64,000 bases of DNA from Candidatus Obscuribacteraceae bacterium (lineage in GTDB: Bacteria; Cyanobacteriota; Vampirovibrionia; Obscuribacterales; Obscuribacteraceae): NCBI GenBank assembly GCA_044229845.1, contig JBGASG010000009.1, positions 64,001 to 128,000 on the forward strand. Reading direction: 5' to 3'. The notes below the pieces were generated by a model. That model had not been told where the DNA came from, searched no databases, and saw only the letters and a program-made list of their open reading frames with translations. The position numbers were made by a program, and so were the translations under genes. Below, piece by piece: positions 27,974 to 37,499 of the stretch. Position 1 is the stretch's first letter; the number at the start of each line of letters is the position of its first letter.

Positions 27974-29260
27974 CTAAGTCTCACGGGTTACGAAACAGTT
28001 GCGGCCTTTTTGTTTGCCTTTGTACAGCCTGGAATCAGCAAGGTTGACCAGTTCCTCTGCGGTCTGCACTTCGTCGGGCAGCGAAGCCAGCCCGATTGTA
28101 ATCGTGATTTTCCGTTTCTCGACTCCTCCTTGCACGATGGTGCAGCTCTTCGGCACCTCCGCAACCAGACGCTCAGCCAGATCGTCGGCATGATCGAGAT
28201 CGGCATCGGGAAGGATCACGGAGAACTCCTCGCCACCATAGCGGCACAGGAAATCGGACTTGCGGATGATCGCTTGCATGGTGTGTGCCACCAGCGACAA
28301 GACGCGGTCGCCTTCCGCATGTCCGTATGTGTCGTTGATGCTCTTGAAATGATCGATGTCGATCATCAGGAGCGCGAGCGGACGGCCGGCGCGATGCGAA
28401 AGTGCCACCTCGGAATGCAGGATGTCGTCGAAGAATGCCCTGTTGTACACACTGGTGAGTGCGTCACGAGTTGCTTGAATACGCATGGCTTCGTACTTCT
28501 GTCGGTAGGTGAGCACCTGGAACAGGTCTCCCAATGCGCGTCTCTCACCGGGTGCCAAAGGTTGTGTGACGTCGAAGCGGCGCAGATAAATGGTCAACAC
28601 CACAGCGTAAAGCAGCGCCGCAACCGACTTGCCTAGCAAGCCTGAAAGCAGCAAGTGAACATAGTTAGGGAGTTCGACAAAACTGCCGGTGACGAAGAAC
28701 ACCGTGTCAAAAGCCAGCACTAGAGTCATCGAAAAGAAAATCGGCAGGAAAAGAGAACGGGGAAAGCGACGTGCGAAAAACTCGTACACAAGAATAATCA
28801 GGATGGCGTCAAAGAAGAGAGCAAACGAGCCGACCAGATCAATGCGCGGCTTGTGCACGAAGAGCTCTGCCGACAGATGGTATGGATTGAAAACGCTTGC
28901 GCCGCGCAGGTGCAGCACCACGAGCAGATTCAAGAGAGAAGCCACCAGGTTGGTGGCAACCAGAGCGTAAATCAGTTTGCGGGCTTCGGCGGCATCTTCG
29001 CGAATGTAGATAAACAGCACTGCGAAAATTGACGCCGGGAAGAGAACGACCGATCCCGGACTGACGAGAATGTCCGGAGTGATCATCACGTATATAGTCG
29101 CGGCGAGCAAGTTGGACAGTTGGAAAAAGACACCGAGCGTGGTGTAAATCGGTGCCAATCCAAAAGTGGCACGCAGGCGGAAGAAAAGTAGCAATATCGA
29201 AGAAACGAGCACCGTTTCCACGAGCATCAAAAGTATCTGCTGTCCAACCTGGAATGGCAT
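27974..29260 (-). CDS. Diguanylate cyclase with N-terminal VUT/YhhQ-like membrane domain
   Basis: DALTSVYNR, DIDHFKSINDTYGH, RYGGEEF; N-terminal TMs with SPGSVVLFP...EARKLI. Confidence 0.85.
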   Translation of the reverse strand: MPFQVGQQILLMLVETVLVSSILLLFFRLRATFGLAPIYTTLGVFFQLSNLLAATIYVMITPDILVSPGSVVLFPASIFAVLFIYIREDAAEARKLIYALVATNLVASLLNLLVVLHLRGASVFNPYHLSAELFVHKPRIDLVGSFALFFDAILIILVYEFFARRFPRSLFLPIFFSMTLVLAFDTVFFVTGSFVELPNYVHLLLSGLLGKSVAALLYAVVLTIYLRRFDVTQPLAPGERRALGDLFQVLTYRQKYEAMRIQATRDALTSVYNRAFFDDILHSEVALSHRAGRPLALLMIDIDHFKSINDTYGHAEGDRVLSLVAHTMQAIIRKSDFLCRYGGEEFSVILPDADLDHADDLAERLVAEVPKSCTIVQGGVEKRKITITIGLASLPDEVQTAEELVNLADSRLYKGKQKGRNCFVTRET

Positions 29261-29335
29261 AGGAGCCATCATACACCCGGGGGTTGTCTGTAGTAGGATC
29301 AACCTGTCACGGAATGTGGGTTTGAGGGCTTGCGG

Positions 29336-30559
29336 ATGAAGCGCTTTCTGGCATGGAGTTTGGTCGCGCTGGCGTGTCTGTGCGACATAACCGGCACCGC
29401 TGCCTTTGCTCAAGAAACCGCTGCTGGAACGTTTCCTGTTGATCTGTTCAGAGAAACAGCCAAAGGCAGGTCCGACAAGAATGTCCTGGTTTCGCCCTTT
29501 AGCGCCGCTACCGCCCTGACCATGGCCTATGCAGGCTCGGAAGGCGGTACGCGGGAAGCGATGGCGCGCGTGCTGGGACTGCCCGCCGAAGACGAGAAAG
29601 CGTACGCGGCGCAGAAAGCACTTCTTGATAGCCTCAGCAAGCCTGGCGACGCAACCATTCTGGAGATTGCTAATGCTCTGTTCGGCAACCAGAGTGTGAA
29701 ATTCAAAGAGGCATTCCTGTCCGTTAATAGAAAGTACTTTGACTGTGAAGTCAACTCGCTCGACTTCTCCGCAACCGCTTCGCTCGCGAAGATTAACTCC
29801 TGGGTTTCAGAGAAGACGCACGCGAAAATTCCCACCATTATCCAGAGTGTTGATCCTAAGAGCGTTCTCTTTCTTATCAATGCTGTCTACTTCAAAGGAA
29901 CATGGGCACAAAAATTCGAGAAGGCGCTGACCAAGCAGGCACCATTCAAGATGGCTGACGGTTCAGTCAAGAACGTGTCCATGATGAGTACGGTCCGCAA
30001 AGATTTTCGGTACCTGCAGACCGATGATTTTCAGGCGGTGGCACTACCTTATTCGGACGGGCGCTTGAGTCTGTATGTGATCCTGCCGATCAATATAAAG
30101 CCACTCAATATCTTCGAAGCTGAGATGACGCAGGAGAAATGGAACGAGTGGCTTGGGAAGTTTGCGAATAATCCCGGCACGCTCGCGATGCCACGCTTCA
30201 AAATCGATGATGACATGCTGCTCAACGATCCCCTATCTCAAATGGGTATGGGCGTAGCATTCCAGCCGAAGAGCGCGAATTTTGTCGAGATGGTGGAGCA
30301 AGGCGACGATCAAGAAATCTTCATTAGCAAAGTGATTCAGAAGACTTTCATGGACGTGACTGAAGACGGCACGGAGGCTGCTGCGACCACAGTTGTCGCC
30401 ATGCCGCGCGGTCTTTCCATTCCTGATAAAAAGCGGCCCTTCTATATGACGGTCGATCATCCATTCATCGTGGCGATCGTGGATGAAACCACCAGAGCTA
30501 CGTTGTTCATAGGACATGTGGCAGATCCGGTGGGCGGGTCTGCTCCGGGAACCAAGTAA
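29336..30559 (+). CDS. Secreted serpin 1
   Basis: Signal peptide; NVLVSPFS, INAVYFKGTW, hinge EDGTEAAATT, DHPF. Confidence 0.93.
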   Translation: MKRFLAWSLVALACLCDITGTAAFAQETAAGTFPVDLFRETAKGRSDKNVLVSPFSAATALTMAYAGSEGGTREAMARVLGLPAEDEKAYAAQKALLDSLSKPGDATILEIANALFGNQSVKFKEAFLSVNRKYFDCEVNSLDFSATASLAKINSWVSEKTHAKIPTIIQSVDPKSVLFLINAVYFKGTWAQKFEKALTKQAPFKMADGSVKNVSMMSTVRKDFRYLQTDDFQAVALPYSDGRLSLYVILPINIKPLNIFEAEMTQEKWNEWLGKFANNPGTLAMPRFKIDDDMLLNDPLSQMGMGVAFQPKSANFVEMVEQGDDQEIFISKVIQKTFMDVTEDGTEAAATTVVAMPRGLSIPDKKRPFYMTVDHPFIVAIVDETTRATLFIGHVADPVGGSAPGTK

Positions 30560-30599
30560 AGCGGTTACCATTGTTTTTACAGAGTGAGGAACTGCATTT

Positions 30600-31805
30600 A
30601 TGAAAGGCATGCTGGCGCTGTGTCTTACATTCGTCCTGGGCGCGGGTGCGATGCCGCCAGCCTGTGCGGACGAGGAGGGACCGGTGATGTCTGGTTTTCC
30701 GTTACAGTTGTTTCAAGAGGTTGCGAAGGAGCATCCGGACGCCAACGTGCTTGTGTCGCCGTTCAGTGTAAAGACTGCTTTGACGATGACCTACAATGGC
30801 GCCGCCGGCGATACCAGGAAGGACATGGGAAAAGTGCTCGGATTCGCTGAACTGGGATCGGTAGAGGCGGTCGCGGCCCGTGAACAGTTAGTGTTGAATA
30901 GCCTCAGGCAGCCAGGACTGAGCACCCAGCTCGAGATTGCCAACGCGCTCTTCGGCGAGAAGTCTATCGCATTCAAGCCGGACTTCGTCTCACTGAACAA
31001 GCAATACTTCGGAGCCGAAATCAACTCGCTTGATTTCAAGTCACCCGATGCGGTGAACACGATTAACCAGTGGGTATCCGACAAGACACACGAAAAGATT
31101 CCAACCATTCTCGAGCAGGTCAGTGAAGACGCGATTCTCTATTTGATCAACGCTATCTACTTCAAGGGGGCATGGCAGCACAAGTTCGACAAGGCGCTCA
31201 CCAAACCGGGCGACTTCCATCTGCCGAACGGGTCCACGAAGAAGGTGCCCATGATGCATCTCAGTCGTGACGATTTTCGCTACTACGAAACTGGCGACTT
31301 CAAAATCATCAGTCTCCCTTATGCAGATGGACGCCTCAGCATGTATGTGATACTGCCTGGCAAAGCAACATCGTTGTCCGCATTCGAAGCCAGTCTCACA
31401 CCGCAGATGTGGGTCGACCTGGTTAATCGCGTACACAAAAGCGATGGACGTCTTGTGCTGCCGCGCTTCAAGCTGGAAGACAAAATGACGCTCAAAGAAG
31501 TTCTCTGTCGAATGGGGTTGGAGGTAGCCTTCGATCAAAACAAAGCCGATTTCAGCGAGATGTCGGATTTGAAACAGCGTGTCTATATCAGCCAGGTCTT
31601 CCACAAGACTTTTATGGACGTGAACGAGGAGGGCACCGAAGCCGCCGCTGCCACTGCGGTGGAGATGGCTCCTACGATGGCCATGGCAAATCCGCCACCG
31701 CCCTTTGAAATGATCGTCGACAGACCATTTGTTATCGCGCTGCGGGACAACAAGACGGACAGTCTGCTGTTTATGGGGCACGTAGTGGAGCCGCCCGGAC
31801 AGTAA
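30600..31805 (+). CDS. Secreted serpin 2
   Basis: Signal peptide; NVLVSPFS, INAIYFKGAW, hinge EEGTEAAAAT, DRPF. Confidence 0.94.
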   Translation: MKGMLALCLTFVLGAGAMPPACADEEGPVMSGFPLQLFQEVAKEHPDANVLVSPFSVKTALTMTYNGAAGDTRKDMGKVLGFAELGSVEAVAAREQLVLNSLRQPGLSTQLEIANALFGEKSIAFKPDFVSLNKQYFGAEINSLDFKSPDAVNTINQWVSDKTHEKIPTILEQVSEDAILYLINAIYFKGAWQHKFDKALTKPGDFHLPNGSTKKVPMMHLSRDDFRYYETGDFKIISLPYADGRLSMYVILPGKATSLSAFEASLTPQMWVDLVNRVHKSDGRLVLPRFKLEDKMTLKEVLCRMGLEVAFDQNKADFSEMSDLKQRVYISQVFHKTFMDVNEEGTEAAAATAVEMAPTMAMANPPPPFEMIVDRPFVIALRDNKTDSLLFMGHVVEPPGQ

Positions 31806-31850
31806 GCTTTCTGGTAGACTTCTCTCAGTTTCAGCCGGAGGTCTTCCGAG

Positions 31851-32477
31851 ATGAACACCCGTGCCAGTCAAGTCTCCTGGTGTGTCAACCGGGCGGCATC
31901 GGCATGGATTGTAATCGGCTGCGTCGGCGCTTTCAGTACCCTCACTCTCTCGTTAACAAGCTGCACACCGCCGCCCGCACCGCCTGCGCGCACCGGACCG
32001 GCACCGGTTGTCACCCGCAAAGCGCCCTTGATGGGGTTGCACTTCAACGTGTCCATGCCGGGCATCGCGACCAAGGAGGAGGTGGCAAAGGATGATATGA
32101 CCGGCTACACATCCAATGTTGACGGTGCTGTCTTCGTGGCTTATGAACAGCAGACGACCGATTATGACTTCTCCGAGGACAAAAAACTGATTGAAGGCGT
32201 CTTGAACGGCGCCTGCGACGGATTTGCCAAGGGTGCCAGTGGTAAAGAAAAGAAGCGCGTAAACATTGCAAAGGAAGATTGGCCGGGCAAAGAAGTTGAA
32301 GGAGCCATGCCAAAGGAGTCAGGCAGCGATTCTATTTATCGGATGCGCGTCTTTGTGGATCCGGTCAAGGGACGCACGATGTATCTGGGAGTCTTCGGAC
32401 CCAAAAAGCGGCTGACTGAGAGCGATGTCGAAGAGTTTTTCCGGTCTTTCTCGCCGCCGCCGCAACTGGATAAGTAA
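31851..32477 (+). CDS. Hypothetical lipoprotein
   Basis: Hydrophobic N-terminus ending in LTSC, Pro-rich linker, FNVSMPG...FFRSF. Confidence 0.6.
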   Translation: MNTRASQVSWCVNRAASAWIVIGCVGAFSTLTLSLTSCTPPPAPPARTGPAPVVTRKAPLMGLHFNVSMPGIATKEEVAKDDMTGYTSNVDGAVFVAYEQQTTDYDFSEDKKLIEGVLNGACDGFAKGASGKEKKRVNIAKEDWPGKEVEGAMPKESGSDSIYRMRVFVDPVKGRTMYLGVFGPKKRLTESDVEEFFRSFSPPPQLDK

Positions 32478-32480
32478 ACA

Positions 32481-33851
32481 CTAGCGACCGGGCGTAATTT
32501 CCATAGATTGCGGTCTGATGACCTTGCCGGCCTTCATGACAAATACCACGTGTTCCAGCACTTGCACGTCTTTTATAGGGTCGCCGTTCACCGCGATCAA
32601 ATCGGCTAACTTGCCGGGTTTGATCGATCCAAGTTCGTCCTTTTTGTCCAGCAGGTCTGCCGCATTGATCGTGGCTGACTGGATGGCCTGCATGGGGGTC
32701 AGTCCATACTTGACCATGGTGGCAAATTGCTTGGCGTTGGTGCCGTGCGGAAAGACACCGGCATCGGTGCCGAATGCCATTTTTACTCCGGCCTTCGCTG
32801 CGCGTTCGAAGCTTTTGCGCTGTTCGACACCAAGTTGTGCGTCGTGCTCAATAAAGTCTTGTGGCATGCCCTTGCTGCGTTTATCGCCCTGAATGTAATC
32901 GTCGTTGTAGATGTCTGCCACCAGATAGGTGCCCTTCTCCTTCATCAAGGCGATGCACTCATCGTCCAGCAGGCTGCCGTGTTCGATGGACGCCACACCG
33001 GCTCGCACTGCGTCTTTAATGCCTTTGGTAGCATGCGCGTGAGCGGCTACTTTCAGACCGAACTTGCTCGCCTCGTCAACTGCCGTTTGCAACTCTTCGA
33101 AAGTGTACTCTTGTGCGCCGGGTTTACTGCCGTGTGTGAGAATCGCACCGGTGGCAATTACTTTGATCAAGTCGACACCGCAATGTGCCAATTCGCGGAT
33201 GCGTTTGCGCACCTCCCAAGGGCCGTCAGCCTTGCCGAATTGCAAATCTGGAGGAATGGTTATGTCAGGCGCGTATCCACTCAAGCACCCGCCACCACCT
33301 GTGATCGTCACGTAAGCGCCGCAGGCGAACATGCGCGGGCCGACCACATCACCGCGGGCGATGGCATCACGAAGAGCCAGATCCACCAGGGCTCTGTATG
33401 TGCCGACATCGCGTACGGTCGTGAAGCCCGCTTCCACCGTGCGTCTCGCATAGGGAATAGATTCAAAAGCCTTCTGCGCCGCCGTGCGCTGCAACTCAGT
33501 GACCGGATCGGGATTGTTTTCGTCGGTCAAATGCGTATGACAGTCAATTAAGCCCGGCAAGACCGTATTGTCCGAGCAATCGACTACACTGGCTCCCTTC
33601 GGGATCGTGATTTCGCCTTGCCCACCAACCGCCTTGATCCGAGAGTTCTCGATGAGGATTACCTGATTGCTGGTCACGACCCCGAGTTCCGGGTCTACTA
33701 ATTTTCCCGCCTTCACGGCGATGATTTCAGCTTGGGCGCCCGCGGATGCGCAGATGGACAGAGTGGCGGCCACGCTGAGGGCTTTTCGCGCATCTTGCCA
33801 ACGTGCCAGGTTGCGGACTCGGACAGCCGTTTTCTTAATCGCAGCAAGCAT
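32481..33851 (-). CDS. Amidohydrolase (Xaa-Pro dipeptidase-like)
   Basis: LPGLIDCHTH, GFTTVRD, AAHAH, SIEHG, FGTDAG, GKLADLIAV. Confidence 0.9.
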   Translation of the reverse strand: MLAAIKKTAVRVRNLARWQDARKALSVAATLSICASAGAQAEIIAVKAGKLVDPELGVVTSNQVILIENSRIKAVGGQGEITIPKGASVVDCSDNTVLPGLIDCHTHLTDENNPDPVTELQRTAAQKAFESIPYARRTVEAGFTTVRDVGTYRALVDLALRDAIARGDVVGPRMFACGAYVTITGGGGCLSGYAPDITIPPDLQFGKADGPWEVRKRIRELAHCGVDLIKVIATGAILTHGSKPGAQEYTFEELQTAVDEASKFGLKVAAHAHATKGIKDAVRAGVASIEHGSLLDDECIALMKEKGTYLVADIYNDDYIQGDKRSKGMPQDFIEHDAQLGVEQRKSFERAAKAGVKMAFGTDAGVFPHGTNAKQFATMVKYGLTPMQAIQSATINAADLLDKKDELGSIKPGKLADLIAVNGDPIKDVQVLEHVVFVMKAGKVIRPQSMEITPGR

Positions 33852-33869
33852 TTGAAAACCTCACCCCTG

Positions 33870-34649
33870 CTATCGCTGAATCATTGTATGTTGCTGCGGC
33901 GACCATTTCCAGTTGGACGGAAATACCTGGCTTAGCAAGGAATAAAGCTCAGGGTCGTACGTGCGCAGCTGATCGCGTGTGTGAATTTCGTTGTGTATGC
34001 CGTTGGGTTTGGTGGTCCAGAGATTAGCGTCGAACCAGTCTTGTACTCCCTCTGCCCAGTATTCGTTGGCGTTGCTGCCGGCATAAGTGTTTTTCCACTT
34101 ACCGGCAGCGATGGCATTGCGATAAGCCTGGTCCACACGTGCCACGAAGGACGGATCGATGTACTTGATTCCCATCTCGAGCACTGTGTGCCCGAACTCG
34201 TGGATCAAGATGCACTCGCCGTGGTATCGGTCTACCGGATATTGCAGCAGGTTTTCCTCACCGCAACTTGTAACCGGACGTGCTTCGGTGGCACCGACTC
34301 CGCGTGTGCGCGTGTTCCAGTCCCATTGCTTAAAGACTGCGTTGAGGTCGGCGTGTTCCGGGATGTCCGTCGTCACTTGATCGGCTCCGATAATCGCCAC
34401 TTTGACGTTATGTGCCACCATTGCTCGGGCGATGTCCGGACGCTGCGACAACATGCAAGAAACAATGTCCTGGGCGCTGCGCAATGCGGCATCCGGAACA
34501 CTGGCTGCACAAGCGATTTTCAACCCGCATGCCGTGGTGCTTTTCTTATAGAACTGATTGGCTGAGGGCGGGCTGGCTGACGCAACGCTTGCTGCCAATC
34601 CTGAGTACAGCAGCGTGCCGCCCAATGCTATGGACAGAAACAGTTTCAT
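33870..34649 (-). CDS. Secreted zincin metallopeptidase-like protein
   Basis: Signal peptide; RGVG, GEENLL, HEFGH, YA..N..EYWAEG, YDP.LY. Confidence 0.75.
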   Translation of the reverse strand: MKLFLSIALGGTLLYSGLAASVASASPPSANQFYKKSTTACGLKIACAASVPDAALRSAQDIVSCMLSQRPDIARAMVAHNVKVAIIGADQVTTDIPEHADLNAVFKQWDWNTRTRGVGATEARPVTSCGEENLLQYPVDRYHGECILIHEFGHTVLEMGIKYIDPSFVARVDQAYRNAIAAGKWKNTYAGSNANEYWAEGVQDWFDANLWTTKPNGIHNEIHTRDQLRTYDPELYSLLSQVFPSNWKWSPQQHTMIQR

Positions 34650-34656
34650 GGCATTC

Positions 34657-36051
34657 TCAAGGCAGGGTGGCAAACAAAAGATTGAGGCTTTCAGCCATGG
34701 TTGGATGAGTAAAAATAGTGTTGGCTACTTGCGGATAGGTTACTTTGCCGATCATGGCCATTTGAACGACCGACATCACCTCTCCTGCTGAATGACAGAG
34801 AAGTGAGCAACCAAGTATCTGTTTTGTTTGTTTGTCGACAACGGCTTTCAGCAGACCTTGCGGTTCGCCGGATGTGACGGCACGCGGGACTTTGCTTGCC
34901 GGAATCTTTGCCATCAGGATATCCAAACCCTTCTTACGTGCGTCCTGCTCAGTCAGTCCGACCCGTCCGAGTTCAGGATCGACAAACAGGGTGTAGGGCA
35001 TGATGCGGTCAGTGGTGCTGCGCCCCGCGTCGTGCAGGACGTTGTCGCGAATGATGCGATAGTCGTCCCATGACGCATGCGTAAACAGCGGGCCGCCGTT
35101 GCAATCTCCAATTGCCCAAATTGAATCGGCAGAAGTTTGCAATTTCTCGTTCACGACTATATTGCCGCGATCGTCAGTTTTTACTCCGGCTGCTTCCAGA
35201 TTGAGATCCTTAGTATTTGGATTGCGTCCGATTGCCACCATCAAGTGACTGCACGAAACTGTTTCAGCACCACTTTCGGTGTCGACCTTGAGAACAACTG
35301 CGTCAGCCGATTTTTCAACCGAGTCATAACTGGTAACTGTCTTGAAGAAAACGCCATCGTCTTCCAAAACTTGTTTTACGGCTTGTGCTATGTCTTCATC
35401 TTCGCGCGGCAGAAATCGATCGCCGCGCATGAGCACGGTGACGCGACTGCCCAGACGAGCAAACACCTGAGCGAACTCCAGAGCAATGTAACCGGCACCG
35501 ATGATCACCAGGTGACGGGGTTGCTCAGTCAGCTCCATCAAAGAAGTGCTGGTGAGAAACGGCACGTCACTCAAACCGGGGATTGATGGAACGGCAGTTC
35601 TGCTGCCTGTGTTGATATAGATGCGGTCGGCAGTCAGCGTTCTGGTGCCGCCGCCGTCAACTGCGATTTCGATTTCTCTGGGACTGACAAACTTACCGGT
35701 GCCCAGGATAAATTCCATATTGGCAGTTGTGGCGAAGAGTGTTTTGTGGGTGTCAATCATGCCTTGCACCACGCGCCGCTTACGCTCCAGTACACCGGCT
35801 AGACTGGGTGCGGCCTCTTGCAGTCGCACGCCGAAGCTATCCGCATGCTTGGCCGCATGAATTAGTTTTGCGCTCGCCACCATGGTCTTCGTCGGAATGC
35901 AGGCGACATTTATACAGGTGCCGCCGATCTGACCGCGTTCGATCAACGCCACTTTGTGTCCGGCGGGACCTAGCGCCATGGCTAGCGATTTGCCGCCCTT
36001 GCCACCACCCAAAATGATGTCATCGAAATGTTCGACTACTGCTGCTGCCAT
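34657..36051 (-). CDS. Pyridine nucleotide-disulfide oxidoreductase (MerA/RclA-like, no C-terminal Cys pair)
   Basis: GGGKGG, GGTCINVACIPTK, GAGYIALE, AIGD, THPT. Confidence 0.9.
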   Translation of the reverse strand: MAAAVVEHFDDIILGGGKGGKSLAMALGPAGHKVALIERGQIGGTCINVACIPTKTMVASAKLIHAAKHADSFGVRLQEAAPSLAGVLERKRRVVQGMIDTHKTLFATTANMEFILGTGKFVSPREIEIAVDGGGTRTLTADRIYINTGSRTAVPSIPGLSDVPFLTSTSLMELTEQPRHLVIIGAGYIALEFAQVFARLGSRVTVLMRGDRFLPREDEDIAQAVKQVLEDDGVFFKTVTSYDSVEKSADAVVLKVDTESGAETVSCSHLMVAIGRNPNTKDLNLEAAGVKTDDRGNIVVNEKLQTSADSIWAIGDCNGGPLFTHASWDDYRIIRDNVLHDAGRSTTDRIMPYTLFVDPELGRVGLTEQDARKKGLDILMAKIPASKVPRAVTSGEPQGLLKAVVDKQTKQILGCSLLCHSAGEVMSVVQMAMIGKVTYPQVANTIFTHPTMAESLNLLFATLP

Positions 36052-36156
36052 AATCTTGCCGCTCTCTTCCTGAACTTGACCCGGGGGCATAAGACGATAG
36101 CACCTGCATGTTCTGCTTTGCAACGCTTGTCGTGTCGGCGGGAATAATTGGCAAGA

Positions 36157-36942
36157 TCAGTCGCCCTTGCCGCGCGTGCACTGAATAACTGCTGTATAGC
36201 CTCGCTCTGCCCAGAGGCGACCCATCAAGTTGGCGGTGATCATGTTGCCGAGTGTTTTTGTGTATGAAATGCGGACGATGATTGTCGGACTGTGATCGAG
36301 GTGCTGTGGATGGTAAACGTCTGCTACGAGAATTACTCCATCGTCAACCGGATTCTGTACATCGCGTTCGATGCCGACAGCATATTCCGCTGGACGCAGG
36401 TGGAACGTGTATGCCATTACAGCCGGTGCCAACTGATATATTAGCCATACCAGCATGCCGGTTGCCGCCAAAGCTCGCCAAGCAATCGGTGTCCACGTTT
36501 TGTGCCGCCGTGTTTTCACAACCGAGAGCAAATGGTAAGTGCCGTAGACCATCACGAAGAGCGCCAGCACGCAATGGAAGAATATCGGCAGTGAGCCGCC
36601 TAACCAACGTTCATGCGGATAGAGAGCCATACGCATTGCATAACGCATCACCATGATCGTGAAATAGAAGGCACCAGCCTCTATAAGAAACCTGCCCAGA
36701 CGCCCACTTGGCTGAGCAAAGTAGCCGTCTCTGCGCTGTACGTCCCAGCAAATCTTGCCCATCAGAGCAATAATGCCTATTTGTAGTGCCAGCAAGACCG
36801 GATACGAAACTGCTCCCGACATCCATGCTTCCATCGGCGGTAGCCATGTCACGTGAAAGAATGCCACCAGAAACTGCCCGATTACTCGTAAGCAAAAGAG
36901 CATTGCCAGCGCCGATAAAATAGTTAGACAGATTCGTCGCAC
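36157..36942 (-). CDS. Membrane protein with a truncated CocE/NonD hydrolase N-terminal fragment (possible pseudogene)
   Basis: TMs, then DGVILVADVYHP..PTIIVR.SY...AERGYTAVIQCTRGKGD and a stop before any nucleophile motif. Confidence 0.55.
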   Translation of the reverse strand: MRRICLTILSALAMLFCLRVIGQFLVAFFHVTWLPPMEAWMSGAVSYPVLLALQIGIIALMGKICWDVQRRDGYFAQPSGRLGRFLIEAGAFYFTIMVMRYAMRMALYPHERWLGGSLPIFFHCVLALFVMVYGTYHLLSVVKTRRHKTWTPIAWRALAATGMLVWLIYQLAPAVMAYTFHLRPAEYAVGIERDVQNPVDDGVILVADVYHPQHLDHSPTIIVRISYTKTLGNMITANLMGRLWAERGYTAVIQCTRGKGD

Positions 36943-37034
36943 GTAGTGAGACCTTCCGTTTCTCAGACTATTCGATTATCGATCTGAATTAAGGTCGGGA
37001 AGGCGCAACTCGATCAGTTTGGTAAGTGTTCGTG

Positions 37035-37064
37035 AAAAAACAGCCAGCCCTGGGGGCTGGCTGT
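37035..37064 (-). terminator. Intrinsic terminator
   Basis: AAAAA + ACAGCCAGCCC-tgg-GGGCTGGCTGT, downstream of 37101..37418 (-). Confidence 0.8.
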
Positions 37065-37100
37065 CCGGTTGCACACCGTGCACGTGTTGGTTCAGCTGAA

Positions 37101-37418
37101 TCAAGGCAGCAATTCAACATGCGTCTCAGGAGCAATCAATATCGGCTGTTCAAACAGCCTGGTGTTGCCGTATCTGGTCTCAACCGTGTACGGCTCAGAC
37201 AGCGCAGTCGTTCTTTGCTCGATCACAGCGGCTTGGGTCCTGACCTGTGGAATAATCACCGGTGCAAACATCACGTCTTGTTCCGGAACAATGACTGCCG
37301 GGCTGGTCACTATTTCCCGTTTCATCAACACGGTATCAGCATGTGACGCTGAGATGCTGGCTGTGCCGGCAACGGCAAAACCCAGCAATGCCAGAGTCAC
37401 TTTACTGAGGTTCGTCAT
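37101..37418 (-). CDS. Small secreted hypothetical protein
   Basis: GAGG SD, signal peptide ending ASHA, and its own terminator. Confidence 0.7.
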   Translation of the reverse strand: MTNLSKVTLALLGFAVAGTASISASHADTVLMKREIVTSPAVIVPEQDVMFAPVIIPQVRTQAAVIEQRTTALSEPYTVETRYGNTRLFEQPILIAPETHVELLP

Positions 37419-37499
37419 AACATCTACCTCTCATCCCCTCACGCGAGAGGAGACGAGGGTAAGAGCACATGGTTCCTCTGGATGAGCCCGACAGCTCAA

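Noticed and set aside
34657..36051. Mercuric reductase merA
   Set aside because: No C-terminal Cys-Cys, no NmerA domain and no mer genes nearby.
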